Virus record (IMG/VR): IMGVR_UViG_3300024231_000789 | Location: 1-55,617 of that record | From: a virus | Lineage: Duplodnaviria > Caudoviricetes | Direction: 5' to 3' (one strand) | DNA length: 55,617 nt | In this document: positions 37,549-46,834 of the stretch, piece by piece | Numbering within the stretch: position 1 is the stretch's first letter | Layout of the letters: every line of letters starts with the position of its first letter | Notes under the pieces: generated by a model | Databases searched by the model: none | Told to the model about the DNA's origin: nothing | Seen by the model: only the letters and a program-made list of their open reading frames with translations | Translations under genes and position numbers: made by a program

Positions 37549-37778
37549 TTTTTAGAGAACTTTACTACATTATGAATAAATGTTACTTTATTCTTTTTAT
37601 AATGATCTGCCAACTTTTTACAGGATGCCTTTTCCTTCATTGCCATAACAACTAACTCATCTGTGAGTTTATCATTATCACATGGATCATATGTATTACG
37701 ATTAGTGTTAGCAAAAATAGTCTTACCTATTTTTTCATCACTCGTAAATGCTGTCCAAGTTGGTCGAAACTTTTTCAT
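37545..37778 (-). CDS. Hypothetical protein
   Basis: 77 aa; ATGA coupling at both ends. Confidence 0.55.
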   Translation of the reverse strand: MKKFRPTWTAFTSDEKIGKTIFANTNRNTYDPCDNDKLTDELVVMAMKEKASCKKLADHYKKNKVTFIHNVVKFSKK

Positions 37779-38077
37779 TCAGATTCCTCTATTACTACGT
37801 CTAAAGGATATCCTGCATGTCTTGCTTCTGAAACAGTCTCTACACATTTTTGCTCTGCTACTTCGTAACTATATGTACCAGCTACTGCACGACCAGTTTC
37901 ATGTATATCTATCATAAGTTGCTCTGCATCCTCTGGAGTTCTTTTAAAGATTGCAATTAAAATCTGTATTACAAAATCCATAGGTGTGCTATCATCATTA
38001 AGCATAACGACATGATACTTATTGGGTGTCTTTAACTTAATTGCTTCAACGGATTCTTGTTTCTGTATTTGGGTCAT
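37775..38077 (-). CDS. clpS: Clp adaptor ClpS
   Basis: YHVVMLNDDSTPMDFV, IHETGRAVAG.Y.YEVAE.K, GYPL. Confidence 0.93.
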   Translation of the reverse strand: MTQIQKQESVEAIKLKTPNKYHVVMLNDDSTPMDFVIQILIAIFKRTPEDAEQLMIDIHETGRAVAGTYSYEVAEQKCVETVSEARHAGYPLDVVIEESE

Positions 38078-38307
38078 CTATTATCTTCTTTTGCAATGCG
38101 GCGTTTATGTCTAGCGCGGCTTGCCGCTTCTGCCTGCAGACGTTTTTCTGTTTTACTCACAAAATGCTTCTTATTGCGAATCTCTTGCATAATTCCATCA
38201 TTCATAAGTTTCTTTTTTAATTTTCTCATGGCTTGGTCTACATTATTATCACGTACTTTGATAAAAAACCCTCCATGTTCATTTCTTAAATGTTTATTGT
38301 TTGCCAT
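38074..38307 (-). CDS. rpsU: Ribosomal protein bS21
   Basis: VRDNNVDQAMRKLKKKL...GIMQEIR...HF.SK.EKR. Confidence 0.9.
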   Translation of the reverse strand: MANNKHLRNEHGGFFIKVRDNNVDQAMRKLKKKLMNDGIMQEIRNKKHFVSKTEKRLQAEAASRARHKRRIAKEDNR

Positions 38308-38315
38308 TTCTCTCT

Positions 38316-39503
38316 CTATTTAATTAAATGTGGCATCTTGCCATTAATAATTGTTTCTTTATTTACTAAAATTTTTTTAATACCTTTTTCAGATAAGTCT
38401 GAAGATTCATATTGTAATTCTAATAATGCTTGGTCGAGAATCTTTCTTAATCCTCTTGCACCTAGCTTCTGCTCAATTGATATGTCTGCTACAGCATTCA
38501 AAGATGCTTTGTCAAATTCTATATTTAAACTGTCCATACCAAACAGCTCTTTATATTGTTGTATGATATTATTCTTTGGTTCGGTTAATATCCTTACAAG
38601 GTCATTTGAATCCAACTCATTTAATATATTTATACTAGGCAATCTACCTACAAATTCTGGTATCAATCCATACTTAACTAAGTCAATAGTTTGTAAATGA
38701 TCTCTCCAATCTAAGTCTTTATCTTTTATTTCAAGCTCTGTAAAACCAATACGGTTTTTTCCCACTCTTTGCATCACAACATCATCTAGTCCAATAAATG
38801 CGCCCCCAACTATGAAAAGAACTTCACTTGTATCTATATCTACTTTTTCTGGCAACTGACCTGGTTTATTAGGAACAGTTATAACAGTGCCTTCCATAAG
38901 TTTTAAAAGACTTTGTTGCACACCCTCACCACTGACGTCTCTACTTAAACTGACATAGTCATTACGTTTGGCTTTTTTATCAATCTCATCTACATATATT
39001 ATTCCTGTGTGTGCTTTATCTAAATCATAGTCAGCTTCTTGTAATAGTCTATGTACTAATACTTCTGCATCGTCACCTGCATAACCACTTTCAGTAATAG
39101 TAGTAGCATCCGTAATCACAAAAGGAACATTTAAATGATCTGCCAATGTTTGTGCAATTAGCGTTTTTCCTGTGCCTGTTGGGCCTATCATTAAAACATT
39201 ACTCTTGCCTAATTTTACATCACTTGTATAATTTAGTCTCTTATAATGATTAGATACTGCTACACTAATAGACTTTTTTGTCCTCTCCTGACTTATTACA
39301 TAATCGTTTAATACACTGTGTAAATTTTTAGGATTAATTAAACTAGGAAGAGGCTTTTCTTTATAACTCTTATCATCCTGTACTATTTCACTACAAAGCA
39401 CGACACAACTATCACAGATATGAGTGTTATCATTACCTGCTAATAGCTTTTTGACTTTTGTGCTATCTTTGCCGCAAAAATTACAGATGGGAGTTTTAAT
39501 CAT
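38316..39503 (-). CDS. clpX: ATP-dependent Clp protease ATP-binding subunit ClpX
   Basis: C4 zinc-binding domain (CNFC...CDSC), GPTGTGKT, DEIDK, RDVSGEGVQQ, IGF loop, GARGLR. Confidence 0.95.
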   Translation of the reverse strand: MIKTPICNFCGKDSTKVKKLLAGNDNTHICDSCVVLCSEIVQDDKSYKEKPLPSLINPKNLHSVLNDYVISQERTKKSISVAVSNHYKRLNYTSDVKLGKSNVLMIGPTGTGKTLIAQTLADHLNVPFVITDATTITESGYAGDDAEVLVHRLLQEADYDLDKAHTGIIYVDEIDKKAKRNDYVSLSRDVSGEGVQQSLLKLMEGTVITVPNKPGQLPEKVDIDTSEVLFIVGGAFIGLDDVVMQRVGKNRIGFTELEIKDKDLDWRDHLQTIDLVKYGLIPEFVGRLPSINILNELDSNDLVRILTEPKNNIIQQYKELFGMDSLNIEFDKASLNAVADISIEQKLGARGLRKILDQALLELQYESSDLSEKGIKKILVNKETIINGKMPHLIK

Positions 39504-39939
39504 TTACTAGTCCTGGCATGGTCTCTATTTGAAGATACTGGTCTAACTGAACAATGCTAGAGAATATTAAGTATTTACTCTTGGCATTTATAAGCCTTAT
39601 TAAGTCTCTTTTTTTCTGCTTTAGGCTAACAAAAATTACAATATGGCTTTCATCTACTGATTTTAATAAGGCGGATGTGATATCTTCCACCTTGCAGGTA
39701 TCAAGATCAACTACCATAAATTCACAACTAGTACTCACGTGAAATAACCAAGCAAGGTTTCCACTTGTTGTATTTTTTTGCACATTAAATACGATGCTTG
39801 ACATAATATACTTTTCAAATAGTAATTTAATACCATCTATAAGGTTATCATCTGTACTCACAATTAATGCATTAACGCCATTTTCTGAAAGAAAAAGGTC
39901 GGGAGGAGTTACTGTATAACTCGAATTATCATTTTTCAT
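39496..39939 (-). CDS. Hypothetical protein
   Basis: VTPPD motif; coupled to its neighbours. Confidence 0.6.
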   Translation of the reverse strand: MKNDNSSYTVTPPDLFLSENGVNALIVSTDDNLIDGIKLLFEKYIMSSIVFNVQKNTTSGNLAWLFHVSTSCEFMVVDLDTCKVEDITSALLKSVDESHIVIFVSLKQKKRDLIRLINAKSKYLIFSSIVQLDQYLQIETMPGLVND

Positions 39940-41726
39940 TACACTGCTTTTTTGTTAGGGTTTTGTTCTATCAACTCTTTAATTATTCTGTATTCTGGAT
40001 TACCTGGTACGTATGATATTCCTTTATACATTATCTCATCAGTATACAGATTTTCTGTGGTTTCGTCAAGAATTTGTTTTGGTGTTTTCCAAATTCCTTC
40101 CTCTTTCATAGTTCTGGCTACTTGCTCTAGTACTCCAGGATCAGCTTTCTCTAACATACGTTCCAGCACTTTATCGTCCTGTTGATCTACTTCTCCGTTG
40201 TCCGTTGGAAGGTCTTGATGCGACCAAGATAAAGTTTCAGTATTATCTTTATCTGTTGCAGGTGCTGTTTTAACCTGCGGTCTTTTGCGTGATGGGTTTT
40301 GTTCTATCAAGCTGATACCTGAAATTACTAGTATTACTGCTAATGGATCAAACACAAGAACTAGGATAATAATTACCCATCTCACTGCTGACTCTAGCAT
40401 ATCTTTATTAGCTTCACCATAAACAAGTTCAGCTATATATTTTACAGGTCCAACTTCTGCTTCTAGTTTTCTGTAGTCTGCTTCTAGCTCATATTTTTTC
40501 TCTGTAAGTTTTTCTATTTGTTCGTTTGAAAGATTAATTTTGCTTAGTTGAGCGTTTACTATATCTTCAATAGATTTATCTGAACCAACTGTAATTTGCT
40601 GTCTTAATCTTTCAATAAGATCTTGGCTTGCTTGTATTTGATTTTCAGCACTCAATCTAATACGTGCGATTTCTTCCCTTGCTGTATTGATTGCAGGAGA
40701 CTCTGTGGCTCTCACATTATCAATAGTACTTAACACCTGAAGTTCACGTTGTTTAAGTGCAGGTATCTGAATCTCACGTATATCTTTAACTACACTTGCT
40801 AGTCTAGTACGTTCAAGATTAACTACGCTTGTTGCATCTTTACGTATAGTTGCAACTTGTGCATTTAGGTCGTTAACAATAATTTTTTGTTGTTCTATCC
40901 AAGTATTAGCAGAACGCCTTGTATTAGGTCCAGCAGCACCGTCAGGATTAGCACCTATTGTACTTTGTGCTTGCTTAATTTGCTCACGTTCGCCACTAGC
41001 AATCTGTCCTTCTACTTTTGTAATCGTTGCATTAATCGTTGCAATTTGTGCAACGATTGTATCTGCACTACTTGCATCTACAACAAGACTAGATATTTGT
41101 GTTTCGTATTCTTTTGCACTTGTTTCTAAACGTATAATTTCATCTTTAATATTTGTTAACTGGTCTTCATATGGTGATGTACGACTTGCATCGTCCAATC
41201 TCACATCTGAAATAATTTTATTCTGTTCATTAATTGCAGGTTGTATTCTTGAATATGTTGAATCTATACGCTCTTGTTCAAGATCTATTTGCTGTTGAAT
41301 AGATGCATTACCATCACCTTGTTGTGATTCTGCTTTATCAATTTTTGCTTCAGCTCTAGCAATAATATCTGTATTGCGAACTAATTCTTTTTCTATTCTT
41401 TCTAACTGTGCTACATTTTCACCTGCAGCACTTGTTTGTTCAATATGTGCTTTACTAAGGAAACCAAAAATACCCATACTTGTAATAAACATTAACAAGA
41501 TAGTTGCACTTGTTAAGTAAATTTTAACAAACCATTTTGCATTTTTCCAATTAAGATGCAACCATACTGCGGTAGTTAACTTACCTATTTCTAGTACTGA
41601 ACCCATAATAACAATAGGAATCATAGCTGCGGCAAAAATTGCCACAAGTCCTACAATACTATAATAGGCCGCTACTGCACTAATGCATAGGGCAACAAAT
41701 ATTGTCCAATAGCCATAAATTCTCAT
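39939..41726 (-). CDS. Membrane protein with a long coiled coil and a peptidoglycan-binding-like motif
   Basis: Three N-terminal TMs (…GIFGFLSKAH), coiled coil, EVGPVKYIA, TM with FDPLAV; central Q..IG..PDG..GP.T. Confidence 0.6.
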   Translation of the reverse strand: MRIYGYWTIFVALCISAVAAYYSIVGLVAIFAAAMIPIVIMGSVLEIGKLTTAVWLHLNWKNAKWFVKIYLTSATILLMFITSMGIFGFLSKAHIEQTSAAGENVAQLERIEKELVRNTDIIARAEAKIDKAESQQGDGNASIQQQIDLEQERIDSTYSRIQPAINEQNKIISDVRLDDASRTSPYEDQLTNIKDEIIRLETSAKEYETQISSLVVDASSADTIVAQIATINATITKVEGQIASGEREQIKQAQSTIGANPDGAAGPNTRRSANTWIEQQKIIVNDLNAQVATIRKDATSVVNLERTRLASVVKDIREIQIPALKQRELQVLSTIDNVRATESPAINTAREEIARIRLSAENQIQASQDLIERLRQQITVGSDKSIEDIVNAQLSKINLSNEQIEKLTEKKYELEADYRKLEAEVGPVKYIAELVYGEANKDMLESAVRWVIIILVLVFDPLAVILVISGISLIEQNPSRKRPQVKTAPATDKDNTETLSWSHQDLPTDNGEVDQQDDKVLERMLEKADPGVLEQVARTMKEEGIWKTPKQILDETTENLYTDEIMYKGISYVPGNPEYRIIKELIEQNPNKKAV

Positions 41727-42079
41727 TATCTTACTCCACTGTAATCTTCAGCAAGGCCAAGGTCAATTAAAGTATGATTTATGTTTATAAGTTTATTCTT
41801 CTCATCTTTAATGTAGACAATGCCCATTGTGCGACCGTATTTACCCCTTCTGTTATGCAGGGTTTCTACAATAAAGTCTTTAGGTAATAATTCAATCAGC
41901 TTAGACTTGACGATCAAACCTTGTTCCCTAACATTAATATCCTTGGACTTTGGATCTGGAGTAGCTATACCAAATAACTTAATTCGCTGACGAATACAGA
42001 TATCAAAGCCCAGATCTATGTCTGCATCTATGGTATCACCCTCAATTACTCTAATTAATTTTGCTTTATATGTGTACAT
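41726..42079 (-). CDS. Thermonuclease (SNase)-like protein
   Basis: RVIEGDTIDADIDLGF, LFGIATPD, GKYGR. Confidence 0.7.
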   Translation of the reverse strand: MYTYKAKLIRVIEGDTIDADIDLGFDICIRQRIKLFGIATPDPKSKDINVREQGLIVKSKLIELLPKDFIVETLHNRRGKYGRTMGIVYIKDEKNKLININHTLIDLGLAEDYSGVR

Positions 42080-42142
42080 ACAATAAAATCCTTACAAAAA
42101 AACTATGCGTCCGTATGGTATTTATTGGTTTTAAAGTTGTAC

Positions 42143-42847
42143 TTAACGTGTATTATTATCTAACCACTGTTTGGCTACACGATTTTGTGGTGGTGTTGAT
42201 AAGAAAGCACGAATATTCTTATCTACCTGTCTGAACTGTTCTGCTCTATCAGGATCCTCAAGTCCTCCGCTATTATCTAAAATATGGAAATTAGCGGCTC
42301 CAAATACTTGTTGAAACTTCATAAGGTTACTCTGCACTGTATTCCACATCTTGGATACAATCTCTGCTGGTAGTCTTCTAGCTCTTTTTTGATTACGTTG
42401 TTGTGCTACTTCCAAGTCAGTGTTAACAAATAACATCATTGTATCGTATCCCAATGCCTGCAATTGCTGTTTTAATTTTGAAACAGATCCAACATCCTTG
42501 CCTGTACCATCAATAATTAAGCCTAAACGACCACCAATATAACCAGTAGAGCCATCAGTGCCGCCTCGTCTTTTATCTGTTAGACTTTTTGCTTTAGCTC
42601 TTACTTCTTGACCTTTATCGCTATAAACTTCATCAGGATTGCTCAAGTCTACATTATTCTGTCTTGCAAGAAATTCATAAACTTCGTCACTGTTAACAGT
42701 TTTTAATCCTGTGCCTGATAAAACTTTGTTAGCCACAAAACTTTTACCACTACCAGGGCCACCTGATAAGAATACTGCCTTAAAAATATGTGGATCATTA
42801 GGACCTTCTTCAATAGGTCTAGCTGATAAAATGTCATGTACCTTCAT
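42143..42847 (-). CDS. P-loop kinase (zeta toxin/AAA_33-like)
   Basis: GGPGSGKS, VNSD, IIDGTG, QRNQKRAR lid. Confidence 0.75.
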   Translation of the reverse strand: MKVHDILSARPIEEGPNDPHIFKAVFLSGGPGSGKSFVANKVLSGTGLKTVNSDEVYEFLARQNNVDLSNPDEVYSDKGQEVRAKAKSLTDKRRGGTDGSTGYIGGRLGLIIDGTGKDVGSVSKLKQQLQALGYDTMMLFVNTDLEVAQQRNQKRARRLPAEIVSKMWNTVQSNLMKFQQVFGAANFHILDNSGGLEDPDRAEQFRQVDKNIRAFLSTPPQNRVAKQWLDNNTR

Positions 42848-42851
42848 ACGT

Positions 42852-43409
42852 TTATTTAGCTATTGATTTAAATTTGTCTACGATTCCGTTGTAATCATAT
42901 AAATCTGATGGATTGGGTATTCTTAACTTCAGTAATATTCTATCTTCATTCTTTGCAAAAGGTACACAATGCATTTCCCTTGTGTTCAGTATTGCGGCGT
43001 CATAGTAAATAGGATCTGGATAGTCTATAAATTGTACTGGTGTATCAAAACCCTTTAATACAAAATTCATACTTACCTTAACAACTTTATCAACATGCCA
43101 TCTTAGTTCTTCACCCTGGTATAATTTTAAAAACTGTGGGTATAGATAGCTTACATCTAGCTCAAGGATACTTGATATTTTTTCAGCAAGCCTCAAAGCC
43201 TCGCCTCCTTGAACAACTGAGACTTGCCAGTCATGATTATCAAACCATTTTGAAGCGGTCTCATGGCTATCACTAACCAATCTGTCATAGCTACCCGGAC
43301 CAAATACATTACTGTAGTCAGAATTTTCTGCTTCCTGTAATATTAAATCGAAATCAAAGTCCTTGACAAAACGGTCAATATTATAGACATATTTTTCTTT
43401 ATCAATCAC
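42852..43409 (-). CDS. 2OG-Fe(II) oxygenase-like protein
   Basis: WHVD...MNF...LNTREMHCV...R. Confidence 0.6.
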   Translation of the reverse strand: MIDKEKYVYNIDRFVKDFDFDLILQEAENSDYSNVFGPGSYDRLVSDSHETASKWFDNHDWQVSVVQGGEALRLAEKISSILELDVSYLYPQFLKLYQGEELRWHVDKVVKVSMNFVLKGFDTPVQFIDYPDPIYYDAAILNTREMHCVPFAKNEDRILLKLRIPNPSDLYDYNGIVDKFKSIAK

Positions 43410-44020
43410 TTTTTAGTGACTACCTTGTCTGCTAATCCCCAATCAACTGCATCTTGTGCTGATAAGAATGTATCAAACTTCATTGTCTCAAACATATCTT
43501 CATACGTTTTACCTGCCGTATTGTGCTTAACATATGTTTCAGTAAGTTGGCGATTAAGTTTTTTACTTTCCTCGAAACTACGGATTACATCCGTCATTTC
43601 TAACTCTTGTACATGCACACTACCTGATGTGCCACGTGTGCCTGAACTTACACGATGGATCATTGTGCGACTATTTGGCAACACAAAACGCTTGCCTGGT
43701 TCACCTGCCATTGCCAAAAAGCTACCCATTGAACATGCCTGTCCCATCACGATTGTTGATACTGGAGCATTAATAAACTGCATCGTATCATAAATTGCTA
43801 GTCCAGATGTAACACCACCGCCAGGGCTGTTGATATAAAAATTAATATCTTCATCACTATTTTGTGATTCTAGGAAAAGCATTTGTGCTACGACTAAGTT
43901 TGAACTCTGATCGTTTACTTCTCCATTTAGCATTACAATTCTGTCTTTAAGTAGACGACTGTAAATGTCATATGAGCGTTCGCCACGCCCTGTTTGTTCT
44001 ACTACCATAGGTACTAGCAT
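43406..44020 (-). CDS. clpP: ATP-dependent Clp protease proteolytic subunit
   Basis: [25 protein letters not shown] (catalytic Ser), MIH, D.FLSA. Confidence 0.95.
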   Translation of the reverse strand: MLVPMVVEQTGRGERSYDIYSRLLKDRIVMLNGEVNDQSSNLVVAQMLFLESQNSDEDINFYINSPGGGVTSGLAIYDTMQFINAPVSTIVMGQACSMGSFLAMAGEPGKRFVLPNSRTMIHRVSSGTRGTSGSVHVQELEMTDVIRSFEESKKLNRQLTETYVKHNTAGKTYEDMFETMKFDTFLSAQDAVDWGLADKVVTKK

Positions 44021-44104
44021 GTTTATTTCTCCGTTTCTATTGCTGCTTGAAAACTTTTTTCAAACAGTTTACCAAGGCCAATTAATACTGACCAAAATAT
44101 AATA

Positions 44105-44224
44105 TTATAGATGATTATCTCGGTCCAATTCATTATGCTTGACCTTTCCTGTTATGTATCCGGCAGTAAATGATACTGCTATTACTCCTAGTAATACTAA
44201 TGAGTGCCATACAATAAAACTCAT
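44105..44224 (-). CDS. Small membrane protein (39 aa)
   Basis: AGGAG RBS; one TM segment. Confidence 0.45.
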   Translation of the reverse strand: MSFIVWHSLVLLGVIAVSFTAGYITGKVKHNELDRDNHL

Positions 44225-44225
44225 T

Positions 44226-44375
44226 TTATTCTCCTTTTTTAATATAGTGATGTGGATACGCCTTAGGGCGTTCCTGTTTAATCATTTCCATGTGAGCTTC
44301 CGCTTCAACTTTTGTATCAAAACGTGCCACTGCGACTTCGTTTTCCATACGTGGAATATAAATTACTTCAAACAT
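44226..44375 (-). CDS. Small hypothetical protein (49 aa)
   Basis: AAGGAG RBS; MFEVIYIPR... Confidence 0.5.
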   Translation of the reverse strand: MFEVIYIPRMENEVAVARFDTKVEAEAHMEMIKQERPKAYPHHYIKKGE

Positions 44376-44377
44376 AT

Positions 44378-45220
44378 TTACTCCTTATAACGAGCTTGTA
44401 AATCAAAGATAATACTGTATCTCTGATCGTGTTGAGGATCTGGATTGGGCGTCATTCCATGATATGTTGGTATCCAATTGCTACGTTCAGCATCTTCACC
44501 AAACATCCATAGCATATTGTTACCATCAAGTCCATTGATATGTTGCCACTCTCCGGTTGCGGTATTTTTAGCATGAAACTCTTCAAAGTTTTCACCCAAG
44601 TGTAAACCTCCTAGTGTTTCATCACAATGTTCATCGCCAAACCTTTCTGTATTGTGTTTACGATGAGCAACTCTTGTTTCGTCTGTTGCTACTGGTACAG
44701 TATACTGGATAACCATTAGCTTGTAAAGTACTTTTTCCCACTGATCAGATTGATCACTATAACACTCTTTTAAATAGTGTTGTAAAATTGGCTTATAGGT
44801 ATTGTGCATTTCTATAAAATAGTCTAACTCAGGTAATATGCCTGATGCTTTTTCACCTGTCCAATCGTAAATGTATAATTTACGTCTTTGCACATAATCG
44901 CCTACGTCAGAGTCCTCGTCATACCAAGTCTCTGGACCATGCATAGTATCTATATCATAACCAAAGCAAGGGCCTTGGTGCTTTAATGCATAGCTTTTAT
45001 CTGGTACATTTTCATCTTTCCAATCCTCTACAGTAGCAGGATCAGAAGGATCAATGTCATTAATTTCCATAAATTTATTTGAGTCTAATGTTTTAAAAAG
45101 CTGGTCAGCAACTGCATAGCGGTCGCTGTACACAGTCTCCAATGATGGAGAATGGGTCACTGGCCAGTGGCCAGTAACTTGCATATCTTCCAATTCATTT
45201 TTACTGAATAAAGTTGTCAA
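44378..45220 (-). CDS. 2OG-Fe(II) oxygenase-like protein
   Basis: HCD...PTYHGM...RYSIIF facial-triad and RxS pattern. Confidence 0.6.
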   Translation of the reverse strand: MTTLFSKNELEDMQVTGHWPVTHSPSLETVYSDRYAVADQLFKTLDSNKFMEINDIDPSDPATVEDWKDENVPDKSYALKHQGPCFGYDIDTMHGPETWYDEDSDVGDYVQRRKLYIYDWTGEKASGILPELDYFIEMHNTYKPILQHYLKECYSDQSDQWEKVLYKLMVIQYTVPVATDETRVAHRKHNTERFGDEHCDETLGGLHLGENFEEFHAKNTATGEWQHINGLDGNNMLWMFGEDAERSNWIPTYHGMTPNPDPQHDQRYSIIFDLQARYKE

Positions 45221-45437
45221 AGTGTAAGTATGCTCCTTCTTGGGATCCCCTTACTATTTTAGCAGTGTTATCCCTTAGTTGAATTTCTATAACATGATTA
45301 TCAGCAAGAGTGCTTAACAAAAACTCAATGCCTTCTTCATGTCCTTTGCGTAATCCTGATCTATAATTAAACCAGGCACATGCCATTACAAAGATACCTC
45401 CTACAATCGCATATGAGTAGGGAATGGCTCCAATCAT
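45201..45437 (-). CDS. Small membrane protein
   Basis: N-terminal TM; G..KG..EG motif. Confidence 0.5.
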   Translation of the reverse strand: MIGAIPYSYAIVGGIFVMACAWFNYRSGLRKGHEEGIEFLLSTLADNHVIEIQLRDNTAKIVRGSQEGAYLHFDNFIQ

Positions 45438-45439
45438 AT

Positions 45440-45580
45440 TTATGAACCCATACGCCCAGACACGACCTTAGGCGCACCTTTTACGTATTCTGTTTTATGA
45501 ACATCTGCCGCTTGGTCGCGAGTAAGACCTTCATAACGTACACGCTGATTGTCAGCATGAGTAACTTCAACATACCACAT
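45440..45580 (-). CDS. Small hypothetical protein
   Basis: AAGGAG before the ATG at 45580 (MWYVEVTH). Confidence 0.55.
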   Translation of the reverse strand: MWYVEVTHADNQRVRYEGLTRDQAADVHKTEYVKGAPKVVSGRMGS

Positions 45581-45590
45581 TTTTATCTCC

Positions 45591-45803
45591 TTATGGGTAG
45601 TTAGACCAAAATTCGTTCCACATTTCTGAAACATTTTCTTCAATTGTTTCTGCATCAAGATAACCCCAAAGCTGTCTTTGTTTTGCCATGGCAGTTGCTT
45701 TTGCAGATACTTCACTGACGTGTTCACACTCGCCAATCACATTAGCTATGTCGTCCCATAGCTTTTCCTCTTCATCCATGAGCAGTGACTTAAATGCTCC
45801 CAT
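45591..45803 (-). CDS. Small acidic hypothetical protein
   Basis: AGGAG RBS. Confidence 0.6.
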   Translation of the reverse strand: MGAFKSLLMDEEEKLWDDIANVIGECEHVSEVSAKATAMAKQRQLWGYLDAETIEENVSEMWNEFWSNYP

Positions 45804-45815
45804 AATATATTTCTC

Positions 45816-46154
45816 CTATTTTAAGTAATGTGGACCAGTCCAAGCAACACTAAAGTCTCCAAAAATGTTACCACGAGCGGCATTTGTTGCTGGTGCATTC
45901 CAGCCTGCAGCTTTAAGGATATCACCTTTTTTAAACTTAGGACCATCTTCTTTAACAATAAAGCCCCATACACCATTGTCACGTATAATCTTAATATACT
46001 TTTTGCCTTCTTTGATAGTAAAACTATTTTCAAAGTTAGCAAGTGTTTTACCAAAATAACTATCTGGCTCTGGTGTACCACGTCCGCTTGCTGTAACAAA
46101 CTTTGTATAATCTGCTTTACATTTTTGGATTAGTGTTTGGATTTCGTTTTGCAT
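45816..46154 (-). CDS. Conserved phage early protein
   Basis: GKKYIKI...VWGFI...GDILKAAGWNAPATN.ARGNI...W.GPHYL. Confidence 0.7.
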   Translation of the reverse strand: MQNEIQTLIQKCKADYTKFVTASGRGTPEPDSYFGKTLANFENSFTIKEGKKYIKIIRDNGVWGFIVKEDGPKFKKGDILKAAGWNAPATNAARGNIFGDFSVAWTGPHYLK

Positions 46155-46171
46155 ATCAACCTCTATGTTTT

Positions 46172-46216
46172 TTTAACTTACTCTTATAATATAAAGCAAA
46201 GTGCATTGGTTGTCAA
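46172..46216 (-). promoter_or_regulatory. Repeated 45-bp early promoter cassette, copy 2
   Basis: TTGACAACCAATGCACTTTGCTTTATATTATAAGAGTAAGTTAAA. Confidence 0.8.
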
Positions 46217-46266
46217 GAAAAAAGCGAATAAAGTTTTTCAATAAAATCAACAACTTGTAATTTTTT

Positions 46267-46521
46267 TTAATATCTTCCTGAATTAATTTCAGCCATTTCT
46301 AGCTTATATAATGTTTTAGCAAGCGAGTCATCAGAAACTTTCTCTTCAATTTGTTTGATGTGTTTGCATTTTTTATAGGAAGGACAATTGCAAGAGAAGC
46401 CATTATTATGCATCTCAATTGCATACATACCACTACCTTGAACATGCCAGGTAGTACCTACGGCCCAATGTTTCTTAGTTTCAATTATTTCACTAGGATA
46501 TATTCTTGGGCCGTATTTCAT
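46267..46521 (-). CDS. SWIM zinc-finger protein
   Basis: CNCPSYKKCKH. Confidence 0.7.
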   Translation of the reverse strand: MKYGPRIYPSEIIETKKHWAVGTTWHVQGSGMYAIEMHNNGFSCNCPSYKKCKHIKQIEEKVSDDSLAKTLYKLEMAEINSGRY

Positions 46522-46820
46522 TATACACTCTCCACAATACCAGTAATCATGCTGTTTGGAACTCGTGTAACTGTGCGGCCAAAAGGCGTTGCACCAGCGG
46601 CTACTATTTCTGTAGTCTTACGGTTCATCTTTTTAATAACACCAGTGTGAACAAAGCCACGTGATTCCCAAGTAACAGTATCACCTTTTTTCATTCCATG
46701 GGTAGCATTACGACCAATGAATGTGCTTTGACGCTTCCATTCGTCAGCAACAGTATTCAAATCTGCTTGGGATTTAATTTTGCGAATTGCTTCAATTGCA
46801 TTTTGGAGTTCGATATTCAT
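46521..46820 (-). CDS. Hypothetical early protein (SH3/KOW-like C-terminus)
   Basis: KKGDTVTW...GVIKKMNRKT...RVP. Confidence 0.6.
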   Translation of the reverse strand: MNIELQNAIEAIRKIKSQADLNTVADEWKRQSTFIGRNATHGMKKGDTVTWESRGFVHTGVIKKMNRKTTEIVAAGATPFGRTVTRVPNSMITGIVESV

Positions 46821-46834
46821 CACAACCTCATTTG

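Noticed and set aside
42143-42847. Zeta toxin-antitoxin system
   Set aside because: No epsilon-like partner is adjacent; only a generic P-loop kinase call is supportable
13140-44020. Bacterial chromosome origin suggested by clp, infA, rpsU, guaC and ssrA
   Set aside because: These genes are out of bacterial operon context and interspersed with fibre, spanin and phage hypothetical genes and T4-like late motifs
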